Notes under the pieces: generated by a model
Database searches by the model: none
Told to the model about the DNA's origin: nothing
Seen by the model: the letters and a program-made list of their open reading frames with translations, nothing else
Position numbers and translations under genes: made by a program
Origin: Candidatus Hydrogenedentota bacterium
Lineage (GTDB): Bacteria; Hydrogenedentota; Hydrogenedentia; Hydrogenedentales; SLHB01
Direction: 5' to 3'
Length of the DNA stretch: 64,000 bases
Assembly: GCA_045863295.1 (NCBI GenBank)
Contig: BTWA01000001.1
Location: 293,686 to 357,685, forward strand
Part shown: one piece after another, positions 1 to 8,929 of the stretch
How the letters are laid out: the number at the start of each line of letters is the position of its first letter
Numbering within the stretch: the first letter of the stretch is position 1

Positions 1-39
1 GCGCGAGCCTTAAAACAATTGTCAAAGGGGATTTTACTC

Positions 40-68
40 TTGACAACGGCCTTTTTCTTTAATACACT
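40..68 (+). promoter_or_regulatory. sigma70-type promoter for the pil operon
   Basis: TTGACA (40-45), 17-nt spacer, TACACT (63-68), in AT-rich sequence ~140 nt upstream of pilM. Confidence 0.75.
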
Positions 69-207
69 GGAATCAAAGATTTAGGTACCCTTTTTCTGGT
101 GTTACAGGGCAGTATTTACCCTGTGGCTTGGGATTAGTCGTGAATGCTTGCATGCCAAGGCGTTGAGTGGGGGACGTAACGGCCGCGAGCGCCGAAAAGG
201 TGACACC

Positions 208-2508
208 ATGGCGAATCTTAAACGAACCCGGGCCAAGAAGCGGTTGGTGCTGGACGTAGGGGCCAGCGCGGTACGGCTTTGCGAGCTTTCGCAGACCAAG
301 ACGGGTTACCAACTCACGCGCTACATGCAACGTGAGTTTCCCATCACGCCCGACATGAGCGAAGAAGATCAGCTCGCCGCGCGCGTCGAAGTGGTGAAGG
401 CGCTATTGAAAGAATCCAAAGTGCGCCACAAGAAAACCGTGTTCGGCGTTCCCGGTCAATCGGTGTTCACGCGTACCCGCATGTTGCCTCCCGTCCCTGA
501 GTTTAAACTTACGCAAATCGTTCGTTACGAAATCCAACAGCAAATTCCTTTCGCGCTCGATCAGATCGCCCATGATTTCCAGGTATTGGAACGCACTGAA
601 GCCGGCGGATACGACGTGCTGATGGCGGCAATCAAAGTGGACGTCGTCGAGAAGCGCCTCGAATTGGTCAAGCAGATCAAGCGTCAGATCGACATTGTCG
701 ATGTAAGCCCATTGTCCGCGTACAACTGGCTGAAGTCGACCGGCGAATTTGGCGAACAGGGCGAATGCGTCGCCCTGGTGGATGTGGGCGCCGCGACCAC
801 CGACATTGTGATTGAGCGCGAAGGCAAATTCCGCTTTACGCGCAGCCTGAATATCGGCGGCAACGACGTGACCTCCGCGCTGGCGCGCGAATTCAACATG
901 GAATGGCCCAAGGCCGAACAGTTGAAACGCGAACGCGGTTTCGCACCCTCGGGCGACGCGCAAAAAGACGGCAAGGGCGGCGAAGTCATAGGCTCGGTGC
1001 TGAACCGGCTGGTTTCCGAAGTCAACCGGTCGTTTGCCTATTTCCGTTCGCAACCCGGCGGCGGTCCAGTATCTCGCGTGATATTGACTGGTGGCGGCGC
1101 GTGCCTTCGTAACATCGTGCCGTTCCTGCAGCGGCAATTGGGCGTGGAAGTGCGCATTGCCCAGCCGCTCGCGGGCCTGGCCATCGCGCCCGGCGCGCAA
1201 GAGGCCAACGATCATCCCGAACAAGCGGCCGTGGCATTGGGCTTGGCCTTGCGCTGCCGTCAGGCGGTGGCGCTTGAGCTGAATCTCATTCCGCCGCGCA
1301 TCCTCGAAGCGGCGCGCACGCGCGAGCAGGTTTTCTATTGGGCATTGTCCGCCACCACGCTTGCGCTCATCATGCTTTCGATTATTCCCGTGGAAGCGCA
1401 GAAGAACAAGCAGGTCAATGAAAACATCGACCTGTTGAAGCGCACCATGTTCCAGTACGATCCCGATTTTCAGGCCCAGCAGAATCAGAATCCCTCGGTG
1501 TGGAATACCAAGTACGAAGCGCAACTCTCCGCGGCCAAGGCGGAAGTCGATCGATACAAGGTTGACGTGGTCACGCTGGATAACTTCTACCGCGAGCGCG
1601 TGCCGTGGGTGCGCTACATGGGCATCATTAACGATGCGCGTCCCCGCGGCCAGATGATGGTATTCGATACCATGGAATCGAGCCTGATGCGCTCCCGCGC
1701 GGAGATGGTGCGTCAGGTGGCCCGCCGCAAGGCCAGCGGCCTTGGCAACGTGCAATTAAGCGCGGGCGACATGGCCGCGCTCAGCGGCGGGTCCGGATCG
1801 CTGATTCCCAAAGGCAAGGAGCAGATTTGGGAAGCCGTGCCGTTCGACAATATCGCAGCCGGCGTACCGCTGGATTACGGCCAGCCGGGCGTGGAGGGTT
1901 TGACGAGCACCCGCGGCGGATCGAGTTCGTCTTCCTCAGAAGAGAAGCCGCTCCCCAAGCCGGATCTGGTGAACGCGATTTCCATTTACGGGTACGCACA
2001 GAACAACCAGGTGGTGCTCGAATTCGTGGAGAACATCAAGAAGTCGGGCGAGTTTCTCGGTGGCCAGGGCGTGTACTTCGATCCGGCCACGGTGAATCCG
2101 GTTCCGGTTTCCGCGTTGTACAACGCCGGTTCCGAGCGTGCCGGCGCCCAACCCAAGCCCGGCACGGGGCTCGGCGATTCCACGGCCTCGGTAAACGATG
2201 AAGACGAAGATCGGCGCGAAGGACGCCGGGGCGGCCTTCTGGGCGGCGGCGGCAGCAGCAGCAGCAGTTCCGGCCCAAGGTCGTATACCGAAAAGGATCT
2301 GGCGTTTTACAACCTGGAACAGAGCATTGTGACGTTTGAGGTTCATTTGCAGTTCAAGGACGAGGTGATTACCGAACAGAAAGTGCTTACTGCCGCGGAT
2401 GAAGCCATTGCATCCGGCACCGCGGACAGCTATGGCGCTGCAAACGATGAAGAGGGAATGGACGAGGAGACGATGGAGCGCGAGCAGCGCCGTTTCCGGG
2501 GCCGGTAA
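208..2508 (+). CDS. pilM: Type IV pilus assembly protein PilM fused to a PilN-like TM/periplasmic region
   Basis: Actin-like motifs (LDVGASAVRL, VDVGAATTDI, IGGNDVT, LTGGGA, ALGLALR), then the PilN N-terminal motif LNLIP, a TM helix and a coiled coil. Start placed at ATG 208 after AAGGTG. Confidence 0.88.
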   Translation: MANLKRTRAKKRLVLDVGASAVRLCELSQTKTGYQLTRYMQREFPITPDMSEEDQLAARVEVVKALLKESKVRHKKTVFGVPGQSVFTRTRMLPPVPEFKLTQIVRYEIQQQIPFALDQIAHDFQVLERTEAGGYDVLMAAIKVDVVEKRLELVKQIKRQIDIVDVSPLSAYNWLKSTGEFGEQGECVALVDVGAATTDIVIEREGKFRFTRSLNIGGNDVTSALAREFNMEWPKAEQLKRERGFAPSGDAQKDGKGGEVIGSVLNRLVSEVNRSFAYFRSQPGGGPVSRVILTGGGACLRNIVPFLQRQLGVEVRIAQPLAGLAIAPGAQEANDHPEQAAVALGLALRCRQAVALELNLIPPRILEAARTREQVFYWALSATTLALIMLSIIPVEAQKNKQVNENIDLLKRTMFQYDPDFQAQQNQNPSVWNTKYEAQLSAAKAEVDRYKVDVVTLDNFYRERVPWVRYMGIINDARPRGQMMVFDTMESSLMRSRAEMVRQVARRKASGLGNVQLSAGDMAALSGGSGSLIPKGKEQIWEAVPFDNIAAGVPLDYGQPGVEGLTSTRGGSSSSSSEEKPLPKPDLVNAISIYGYAQNNQVVLEFVENIKKSGEFLGGQGVYFDPATVNPVPVSALYNAGSERAGAQPKPGTGLGDSTASVNDEDEDRREGRRGGLLGGGGSSSSSSGPRSYTEKDLAFYNLEQSIVTFEVHLQFKDEVITEQKVLTAADEAIASGTADSYGAANDEEGMDEETMEREQRRFRGR

Positions 2509-2572
2509 ACCGTGTTGATGTCCAAGGCAGACCGTTTGTCGTGGCCGGTTTAATGCGAGTGGTCAAACTGAC

Positions 2573-3604
2573 ATGAAGCGTTCGCAGATAATGATGATAG
2601 TCGCCATCGTGGCCGTAGCGGCCGCGCTGGGTGCGGTATACAAATTCTACGTGCTCGAACGGCTGACCAAATTCGCCTCGGACGAGAAGTATCTGACCGC
2701 GCTCAAGACCAAGTACGAAAACATCAGCAAGACCTTTCACGGCACCAAGCCCGAAGTGGTGGTCGAGGCCTACGCCAACAAAGTACAGCCGTGGCTGGCC
2801 GCACTGGATGCCCGGACGGATTACTACACCCTTGGCGGCATCCGCGACATTGAACCGATTCCCGAGGGCGAAGACGCCCGCTGGTATTACATTCGCAAGG
2901 CCCCGGACATGGTGAGGACGATCCAGGAGACGGCGTACAAGCAGAACATCGGCGTGCCGCCCGATCTCTGGTTTCAATCGCCCCAGCCTCCCCGGCTGCA
3001 GGGCATCACCGTGGAAAAGCAGCACGTAGAACGCTGGCTCCAGAACATTCAAATGGGTTCCGGCATTGTGCAGCAGTTGCTCGATGCCAAGGCTCTGCGG
3101 GTCGATGCCATTGAACTGTGGCCCCGCCGGGAAGGATCGTTGCTGTACATCTATCACGTAGGCGTGAAGATGTGGATGAACATGGAGCAACTGGCCACGT
3201 TTCTCAACGATATGCTCAGCGATCGCCGCCGTTGTTTCTTTGTCGACAACATCCGTATCCGGAATCCGTACGTGTTGTACGAGAATCCTCCGCTCCAGAT
3301 CGATCTCGTGTATACCATGTACGAACTGAAACCGACGGCAGACAAAACCAAGCTTGCCGCTCCGGCCGCGGCTGCGCCGATGATTGCCAGTGCGGCACCG
3401 GTTACGCCTGCGCCGGCCGCGACGACGCCGGGCGTCACGCTTCCGGGCGCCACGCCGCCCCCGGCCGCCGTGCCGGGTCTGAATCCGGAAGCGGCCGCGG
3501 CGCTGCAACAGGCGGCAAGCAGCCGCGATGAAGAGCGGACCGCGCGCCAAAGCCAGGGCAGCGGCGACTTTTTGGATTGGATATTGTCCTTCTTCCCGTT
3601 CTAA
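2573..3604 (+). CDS. PilO/GspM-like bitopic inner-membrane protein with Ala/Pro-rich tail
   Basis: N-terminal TM, coiled coil, ferredoxin-like segment (EQLATFLNDM...FFVDNIRI); position between pilMN and the secretin. Confidence 0.6.
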   Translation: MKRSQIMMIVAIVAVAAALGAVYKFYVLERLTKFASDEKYLTALKTKYENISKTFHGTKPEVVVEAYANKVQPWLAALDARTDYYTLGGIRDIEPIPEGEDARWYYIRKAPDMVRTIQETAYKQNIGVPPDLWFQSPQPPRLQGITVEKQHVERWLQNIQMGSGIVQQLLDAKALRVDAIELWPRREGSLLYIYHVGVKMWMNMEQLATFLNDMLSDRRRCFFVDNIRIRNPYVLYENPPLQIDLVYTMYELKPTADKTKLAAPAAAAPMIASAAPVTPAPAATTPGVTLPGATPPPAAVPGLNPEAAAALQQAASSRDEERTARQSQGSGDFLDWILSFFPF

Positions 3605-3676
3605 TCGGGAAGCAGGTTGAACGATGGAACACAGTACAGATAGCGCGTACGGCGGAAAAACCGGGCCAAGGTAGCC

Positions 3677-4213
3677 ATGGACCAGATACAAAAATTCGGA
3701 TTGATGCTGTGGGCGGTCAAGGAAAAGATCGTCCTGGCCTGCCTGGTCGCGATCCTGAGTTGGCAGGTGTACAAGGTGGTCATGAGCGCCAACGGCGCCG
3801 ATGCCGGAGTATCCGTCGGGCCGGTGACGCCGCCAAAGCCGGAGTTGACCGATTTGCAGGCGATCGGAGCGGAATCGCCGGGGCCGCCCCCGGAGCCGAT
3901 TCGGGTGCAGGAATTTACGGCCCTGGTCCGGCGCAACCCGTTTACGGTGTATGGCAATGAGGCTGGCGAATCCAGCGGCTCCACGCAAGTGGAAGAAAAG
4001 CTGGATCTGACGCTTGAACGCATTGTTCCCTGGAGGGACAACACGGTACGGGCACAGATACGCACCAAGACATCGCGCGCAGAACCTTATTACGAAGGTC
4101 AGTCCGTGGAGGACTTCAGAGTGGACAAGATCGATGCGGAGAAGCAGGAAGTGACCATCTTTTCCTTCAAGCATCAAAAGCAGTTCGTTTTGAAAGTCGG
4201 ACAGACCAGTTGA
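3677..4213 (+). CDS. PilP/GspC-like membrane-anchored protein
   Basis: TM, Pro-rich linker, RRNPF motif typical of PilP, C-terminal beta domain (EGQSVEDFRVDKID); immediately upstream of the secretin. Confidence 0.55.
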   Translation: MDQIQKFGLMLWAVKEKIVLACLVAILSWQVYKVVMSANGADAGVSVGPVTPPKPELTDLQAIGAESPGPPPEPIRVQEFTALVRRNPFTVYGNEAGESSGSTQVEEKLDLTLERIVPWRDNTVRAQIRTKTSRAEPYYEGQSVEDFRVDKIDAEKQEVTIFSFKHQKQFVLKVGQTS

Positions 4214-4270
4214 GCGGAAGCAGAATCTTTTTGTAGTATTGACCGATAATCGCGGGAGGAATGTAATCCA

Positions 4271-7200
4271 ATGAATGGTCGACGGATGCGGAAGGCCGCC
4301 GGAATGTCGTTGCTGTGCCTGCTCGTGGCGGCAATGACGGTATACGGCGGAGCGTTGACTGCCCAGGCGCAGGGGGCATCGGGCGCCGTGGAAGCTCCAA
4401 TTGTTACCGAGCCCCAACCCACCGCCGCGGAGAGCGGTCCCGAACCCCAGGGCGTGAGCCCGGCGGACGAGGCCTACAATGAAGGGGTGGCTCTCTACAA
4501 CCGGGGCATGTTCCTGGAGGCCTTGAACAGTTTTAACAGGGCCCTTGCGAACGATCCCAATCATCCTCACGCGAAGACCATGGCGGAACGCGCCCAGACG
4601 AAGTTACAGACCACGGCCGTAGGCCAGGAACCGGCTGTGCTTCAGACGTTCGAAACCTTCGAAGCCAAGCCCGCGGAATCGGAGACGACTTCCGATGCAG
4701 GCATTCCCGAATCGGCCGAAGAACTCCGCTACCAGACGGTGAAGGAACTGCTTGAGCAAGGCCAATTCCTGCTGGAGAACCGCAAGTTCGAACGTGCCCA
4801 GAAATTATTCGAGCGCGCCCTGATTATCGATCCCGAGAACAAGACCGCGGCCCGTCTGCTGCAAGAAGCGACAATCGGCACCTTTGACGAACGGCTTCCC
4901 CGCGAATGGCAGAAACTGGAAATCGACCGCCTCCGCATTCGCGAAAAGAGCGAACAAATCAAGCAACTCCCCGACGGCGCGGACGCATACGGCATCAAGG
5001 ACATCACCATCAGCGTTCCGGTCGCCGAAGAAGAATTTGTCCGTGAAGAAGAAAAGACCGACATCGAAAAAGCGCTGGATGAATTCGTCTCCATTGAATT
5101 CGAAGAGGAACACATCAGCAATATTCTCGATTACATCGCGGAATACGCGAGCATCAACATCGTGCTCGACAGCCGCGTCGTAGACCCGCCGCGCCAACCG
5201 GTGCCGCAGGTCCAACCCGGCGTACCGGGCACAGTTCCCGGCGGCGTTCCCGGAATTCCCGGGCAGCCCGGTTTTGGCGCGCCCCAACCGTTCGGCGTTC
5301 CGGGTCAAGGATTTCAGCAACCAGTTCCCGTGCAACAGCCGGCCTTCGAACCGACCGGCGATCCCGATGAAGATCGCCGGGCGTCTCGTCGAGGCGGCGG
5401 CCTCGGCAACATTCAGTTGCAGGGCGTCAACGGCCAGTTTGCGACCGGCCCCGGCGGCCAGCCTGTGTCGGATATCGTTTCCGACGGGTACACGGGCATC
5501 TTGAAATTGGATGACGTGCCTCTTCGCGATGCCCTCAAGGCTGTGCTCCGCCCCCTGAATCTTGATTTCAGCGTGCAACCTGGTTTCCTGTGGGTGAGCA
5601 CGGCCGAAAAGATTCGGACCGAATCGTTCGAAGAAATGGAAACCCGCATCTACGAACTGAAAAATGCGGGCGCGGAAACGCTCTTCAAGATTGTCGTGCA
5701 GAACCCCGGCGGACTTTCCGGCGGCGGCGGTGGCGGCTTCGGCGGCCAAGGCGGCGGTTTTGGCGGCCAGGGTGGTTTTGGCGGCGGTCAAGGCGGTTTT
5801 GGTGGCGGTGGCTTTGGTGGTCAAAGCGGCGGTTTTGGTGGCGGTGGTTTTGGCGGCCAAGGTGGCGGTGGCTTCGGCGGCGGTGGCTTTGGCGGTCAAA
5901 GCGGTGGTTTTGGCGGCGGTGGTTTTGGCGGCCAAGGTGGTGGTGGTTTTGGCGGCGGTGGCTTCGGCGGCGGTGGCTTTGGCGGCGGTCAGGGTGGTTT
6001 TGGCGGCGGTCAAGGCGGTGGCTTTGGCGGCGGTCAAGGCGGTTTTGGCGGTGGCCAGGGCGGTTTCGGCGGCGGCTCCATCCAGGTCTCCAATATCTCC
6101 CAACTGTTCTCCAACATTAACGACCAACTCGTCGGTGAACCGCCTGCGGTCATTGGCATCAGCACGGTTGGCACAGGGCTCGATGCGCGCCAGGGTCAGC
6201 AAGGAGCGGGTTTGGGTGCAGGCGGCCGGCGTGACGACGAGTTGGGCGGCGGCGGCCTCGGCGGCGGCGGTCTTAGCGGCGGCCAGACGGTCGGTACTTC
6301 CGGCACGGGATCCAGCTTGGGCAGCTCCGGCGGCTTGGGCGGATTCCAGGGTCAAGCTGAATTGCTGACCATATTGCAGAGCGCCATTCCCGAGATTGTC
6401 GAACCGTTCACCGACGAAGTGTTGTCGTGGATGATCTTCAATCCCACAACCAACCAACTCATCGTGCACAACACGCCCAGCAATCTGAAGAAAATGGAAG
6501 CGATGATCCAGGATCTGGACATTACGCCGAAACAGGTCAGCATCGAAGCGAAGTTTTTGGCCATATCCGTGACGGATCTCGACAAGATCGGCTTCACGTG
6601 GGACCTGACCCTGAGCGATCAGAACAGCCGCAATCGCGTTATTGACGCCATCGAAACGCCCGGCGTCTCCGATGCGGACGGCAACCCCGGCTATTTTGCC
6701 GATGTCAACGGCGACGGATCGAACGAGATTCTCCCGTTCTATACGCGTCCCGACGGCACCAACGTAATTAACAACACCGTATCCACCCTTACCGGTACAG
6801 GCGCGGTGAATCCCGGACCCGACGGCACGTTTGACCTGAATGCGGTCATCCTGCAAAACGAGGACGGCGATCAATTGAGCGTTATGATGGACTACCTCAA
6901 CAGCCTGACGGAGACCGAGTTGTTGAGCGCGCCGCGCGTGACCACGATGAACCGCAAACCGGCGGTCATCGCGGATATCCTGACGCAGACGTTCCAGACT
7001 CAGGTCTTCCAAGAAATCATTGTGAGCGATTCCGGGTTTGGCGGCGGCGAAACGACTGCCTCGGTGCAGCAACCACAATTCTCCACCTTTACGTTCGGTA
7101 TCGTGTTGTCCGTTACACCGCAAATCAGCGGCAGCAATCAGGTCCGGTTGTGGCTGAACCCGCAGGTGACCACGCAACAGGGACAAGACGAATTCATCGC

Positions 7201-7498
7201 GACGTCCACGGTGGACGGAAACACGCAAACCGCGACCATCCGTTTCCCGCGCGTGTCGATTCAATCCGTCTGGACCAACGTCATCGTGAACGACGGCGAC
7301 ACGCTTGTGCTGGGCGGGCTCATCACGGATCGCACGACGCGCGGCAAGACCAAGATGCCGTACGTGGCGGACATTCCGGTGATCGGCTACTTCTTCCGTG
7401 GCAAGTCGACGGAAATCACGCAATCGAGCCTGTTGATCTTCACCACGGTGAACATCATCGATCCGACCGGTGCACGCTTCTTCGAAGCGGGCGCATAG
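4271..7498 (+). CDS. Type II/IV secretion system secretin (PilQ/GspD family) with N-terminal TPRs and Gly/Phe low-complexity insert
   Basis: Signal peptide, TPR motifs, N3 domain (TNQLIVHNTPSNL...LDITPKQVSIEAKF), secretin core (LLSAPRVTTMNRKPA, GIVLSVTPQI, VNDGDTLVLGGLI, PYVADIPVIGYFF); RBS GGAGG. Confidence 0.93.
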   Translation: MNGRRMRKAAGMSLLCLLVAAMTVYGGALTAQAQGASGAVEAPIVTEPQPTAAESGPEPQGVSPADEAYNEGVALYNRGMFLEALNSFNRALANDPNHPHAKTMAERAQTKLQTTAVGQEPAVLQTFETFEAKPAESETTSDAGIPESAEELRYQTVKELLEQGQFLLENRKFERAQKLFERALIIDPENKTAARLLQEATIGTFDERLPREWQKLEIDRLRIREKSEQIKQLPDGADAYGIKDITISVPVAEEEFVREEEKTDIEKALDEFVSIEFEEEHISNILDYIAEYASINIVLDSRVVDPPRQPVPQVQPGVPGTVPGGVPGIPGQPGFGAPQPFGVPGQGFQQPVPVQQPAFEPTGDPDEDRRASRRGGGLGNIQLQGVNGQFATGPGGQPVSDIVSDGYTGILKLDDVPLRDALKAVLRPLNLDFSVQPGFLWVSTAEKIRTESFEEMETRIYELKNAGAETLFKIVVQNPGGLSGGGGGGFGGQGGGFGGQGGFGGGQGGFGGGGFGGQSGGFGGGGFGGQGGGGFGGGGFGGQSGGFGGGGFGGQGGGGFGGGGFGGGGFGGGQGGFGGGQGGGFGGGQGGFGGGQGGFGGGSIQVSNISQLFSNINDQLVGEPPAVIGISTVGTGLDARQGQQGAGLGAGGRRDDELGGGGLGGGGLSGGQTVGTSGTGSSLGSSGGLGGFQGQAELLTILQSAIPEIVEPFTDEVLSWMIFNPTTNQLIVHNTPSNLKKMEAMIQDLDITPKQVSIEAKFLAISVTDLDKIGFTWDLTLSDQNSRNRVIDAIETPGVSDADGNPGYFADVNGDGSNEILPFYTRPDGTNVINNTVSTLTGTGAVNPGPDGTFDLNAVILQNEDGDQLSVMMDYLNSLTETELLSAPRVTTMNRKPAVIADILTQTFQTQVFQEIIVSDSGFGGGETTASVQQPQFSTFTFGIVLSVTPQISGSNQVRLWLNPQVTTQQGQDEFIATSTVDGNTQTATIRFPRVSIQSVWTNVIVNDGDTLVLGGLITDRTTRGKTKMPYVADIPVIGYFFRGKSTEITQSSLLIFTTVNIIDPTGARFFEAGA
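5720..6076 (+). repeat. Coding low-complexity repeat: 18 GGFGG units with Q/S spacers
   Basis: Direct translation of GGC/GGT/TTT/TTC-rich tandem sequence, 119 codons. Confidence 0.95.
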
Positions 7499-7523
7499 GA
7501 CAGACTCCAAAGTCGAAACGGAC

Positions 7524-7561
7524 GTGGGCGGCTTCCAAACCGGGAGCCGCCCCGCTTTTTT
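7524..7561 (+). terminator. Rho-independent terminator after the secretin gene
   Basis: Stem GGGCGGCTTCC / GGGAGCCGCCC followed by a T6 tract. Confidence 0.75.
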
Positions 7562-7565
7562 GATC

Positions 7566-8837
7566 ATGGCGACGTGGATTTACAATGCAGCGATGTCGGC
7601 GGCGGCACCCTTGGGTGCGGCCTATCTGGCGCTGCACCCGAAATACAAACCGCTGCTTGGCCGGTTCCACCCGCGCCTGCCCGAAGGCGCGCGCATGGAG
7701 CGCCCCCTCCTGTTGCACGCATGCAGTGTCGGCGAAGTGAATGTGGCCGCCACGTTACACGCGGCGATCGCCCGGCGCTGGCCGGGGATACCCGTTGCCG
7801 TGACGGTTTCGACAGTCACGGGGCGCGCTTTGGCCCATCAGAAATTGCCATCCGTGCCGGTTCTATGGTTTCCCTTTGATCATTCCCGCGTTGTCCGCCG
7901 TTTTTTCCGGGAGATCAATCCTCGGGCAGTATTCCTGCTCGAAACGGAGCTTTGGCCCAACGCGATTGCGACGGCGGATCGCCACCGGATTCCGGTGGCG
8001 GTCTTGAACGGGCGGATTAGCGATCGGGCCTATCCCCGGTACCGGCGCTACAAAGGCTGGATCCGGCCTGTGGTGGAACATATTCAGTTGGTCTGCGCGC
8101 AGACCGAGGAGCATGCCGGGCGGTTTCGTGAATTGGGAGTTTGCAGCGATTCGGTCGGAGTGACCGGCAATATGAAATTCGATGGCGTGCGCACCGCCTA
8201 TACGCCCGGTGAAATGGCGGCCATCCGCGCGTCGTTTGGCTTCGCGGCGGATGACCTTGTCCTCGTCTACGGCAGCCTGCGTGCCGGAGATGAACACACC
8301 GCGGTTGCGCTGTGGCGGGCCGTCCGGGACTCCCATCCGAGAATTCGGTTTGTGGTGGCGCCCCGCCATCCGGAGTTTGTGGATACGGTTGCGAATGCGT
8401 TTGGCGAGCCCGTGGCGCGGCGAACGCAACCGGCCGAGGATTCCCATTCCGGTTCGAGCCGCGTGCTCGTGTTGGACACCGTGGGAGAGTTGGCGGGCCT
8501 GTACAGCGTTGCCTCGGTCGCGGTTGTCGGCGGCAGCTTTCATCCCGGCGTGAACGGGCACAATCCTATCGAATCGGCTGCACTCGGCGTGCCCACGCTA
8601 TTCGGTCCGTACATGAGGAATTTCGCGGATTCCGCGGATGCGCTCCTCCGGGCGGGCGGTGCCGTTCAGACTCCTGCGGAAGCGTTGGAGGCGGAGGTCC
8701 TGCGCCTGATCGCGCACCCGGATCGCGCCTCGCGCCTTGCGGCGAACGGCAAAGCCGCCATTGCATCCGCCCAGGGGGCGGTGGAACGAACGCTGCGCGC
8801 CGTGGAAGAATCAATGCCGGCGGTGTTTCGCGAGTGA
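7566..8837 (+). CDS. waaA: 3-deoxy-D-manno-octulosonic acid (Kdo) transferase
   Basis: HACSVGE, PFD, LETELWPN, NGRISDR, TGNMKFD, APRHPE, LDTVGEL, GGSF...GHNPIE motifs. Confidence 0.93.
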   Translation: MATWIYNAAMSAAAPLGAAYLALHPKYKPLLGRFHPRLPEGARMERPLLLHACSVGEVNVAATLHAAIARRWPGIPVAVTVSTVTGRALAHQKLPSVPVLWFPFDHSRVVRRFFREINPRAVFLLETELWPNAIATADRHRIPVAVLNGRISDRAYPRYRRYKGWIRPVVEHIQLVCAQTEEHAGRFRELGVCSDSVGVTGNMKFDGVRTAYTPGEMAAIRASFGFAADDLVLVYGSLRAGDEHTAVALWRAVRDSHPRIRFVVAPRHPEFVDTVANAFGEPVARRTQPAEDSHSGSSRVLVLDTVGELAGLYSVASVAVVGGSFHPGVNGHNPIESAALGVPTLFGPYMRNFADSADALLRAGGAVQTPAEALEAEVLRLIAHPDRASRLAANGKAAIASAQGAVERTLRAVEESMPAVFRE

Positions 8838-8929
8838 ATGCGCACTCGTTGCGGGAGGCCCGTTCGCTGAACATCGAGTGACCCGAATCAAACCGGATCC
8901 GCCAGACGGCCCAGGATATCCCTGACCTC

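Noticed and set aside
5720..6076. Possible CRISPR or non-coding tandem array
   Set aside because: In-frame coding repeat with no unique spacers, and no cas genes in the window.
4805..7567. 920-aa minus-strand ORF, and similar long ones at 2387-4570, 403-1755 and 32454-34223
   Set aside because: Antisense shadows of well-supported genes, expected from GC-rich codon bias; they carry no protein motifs.
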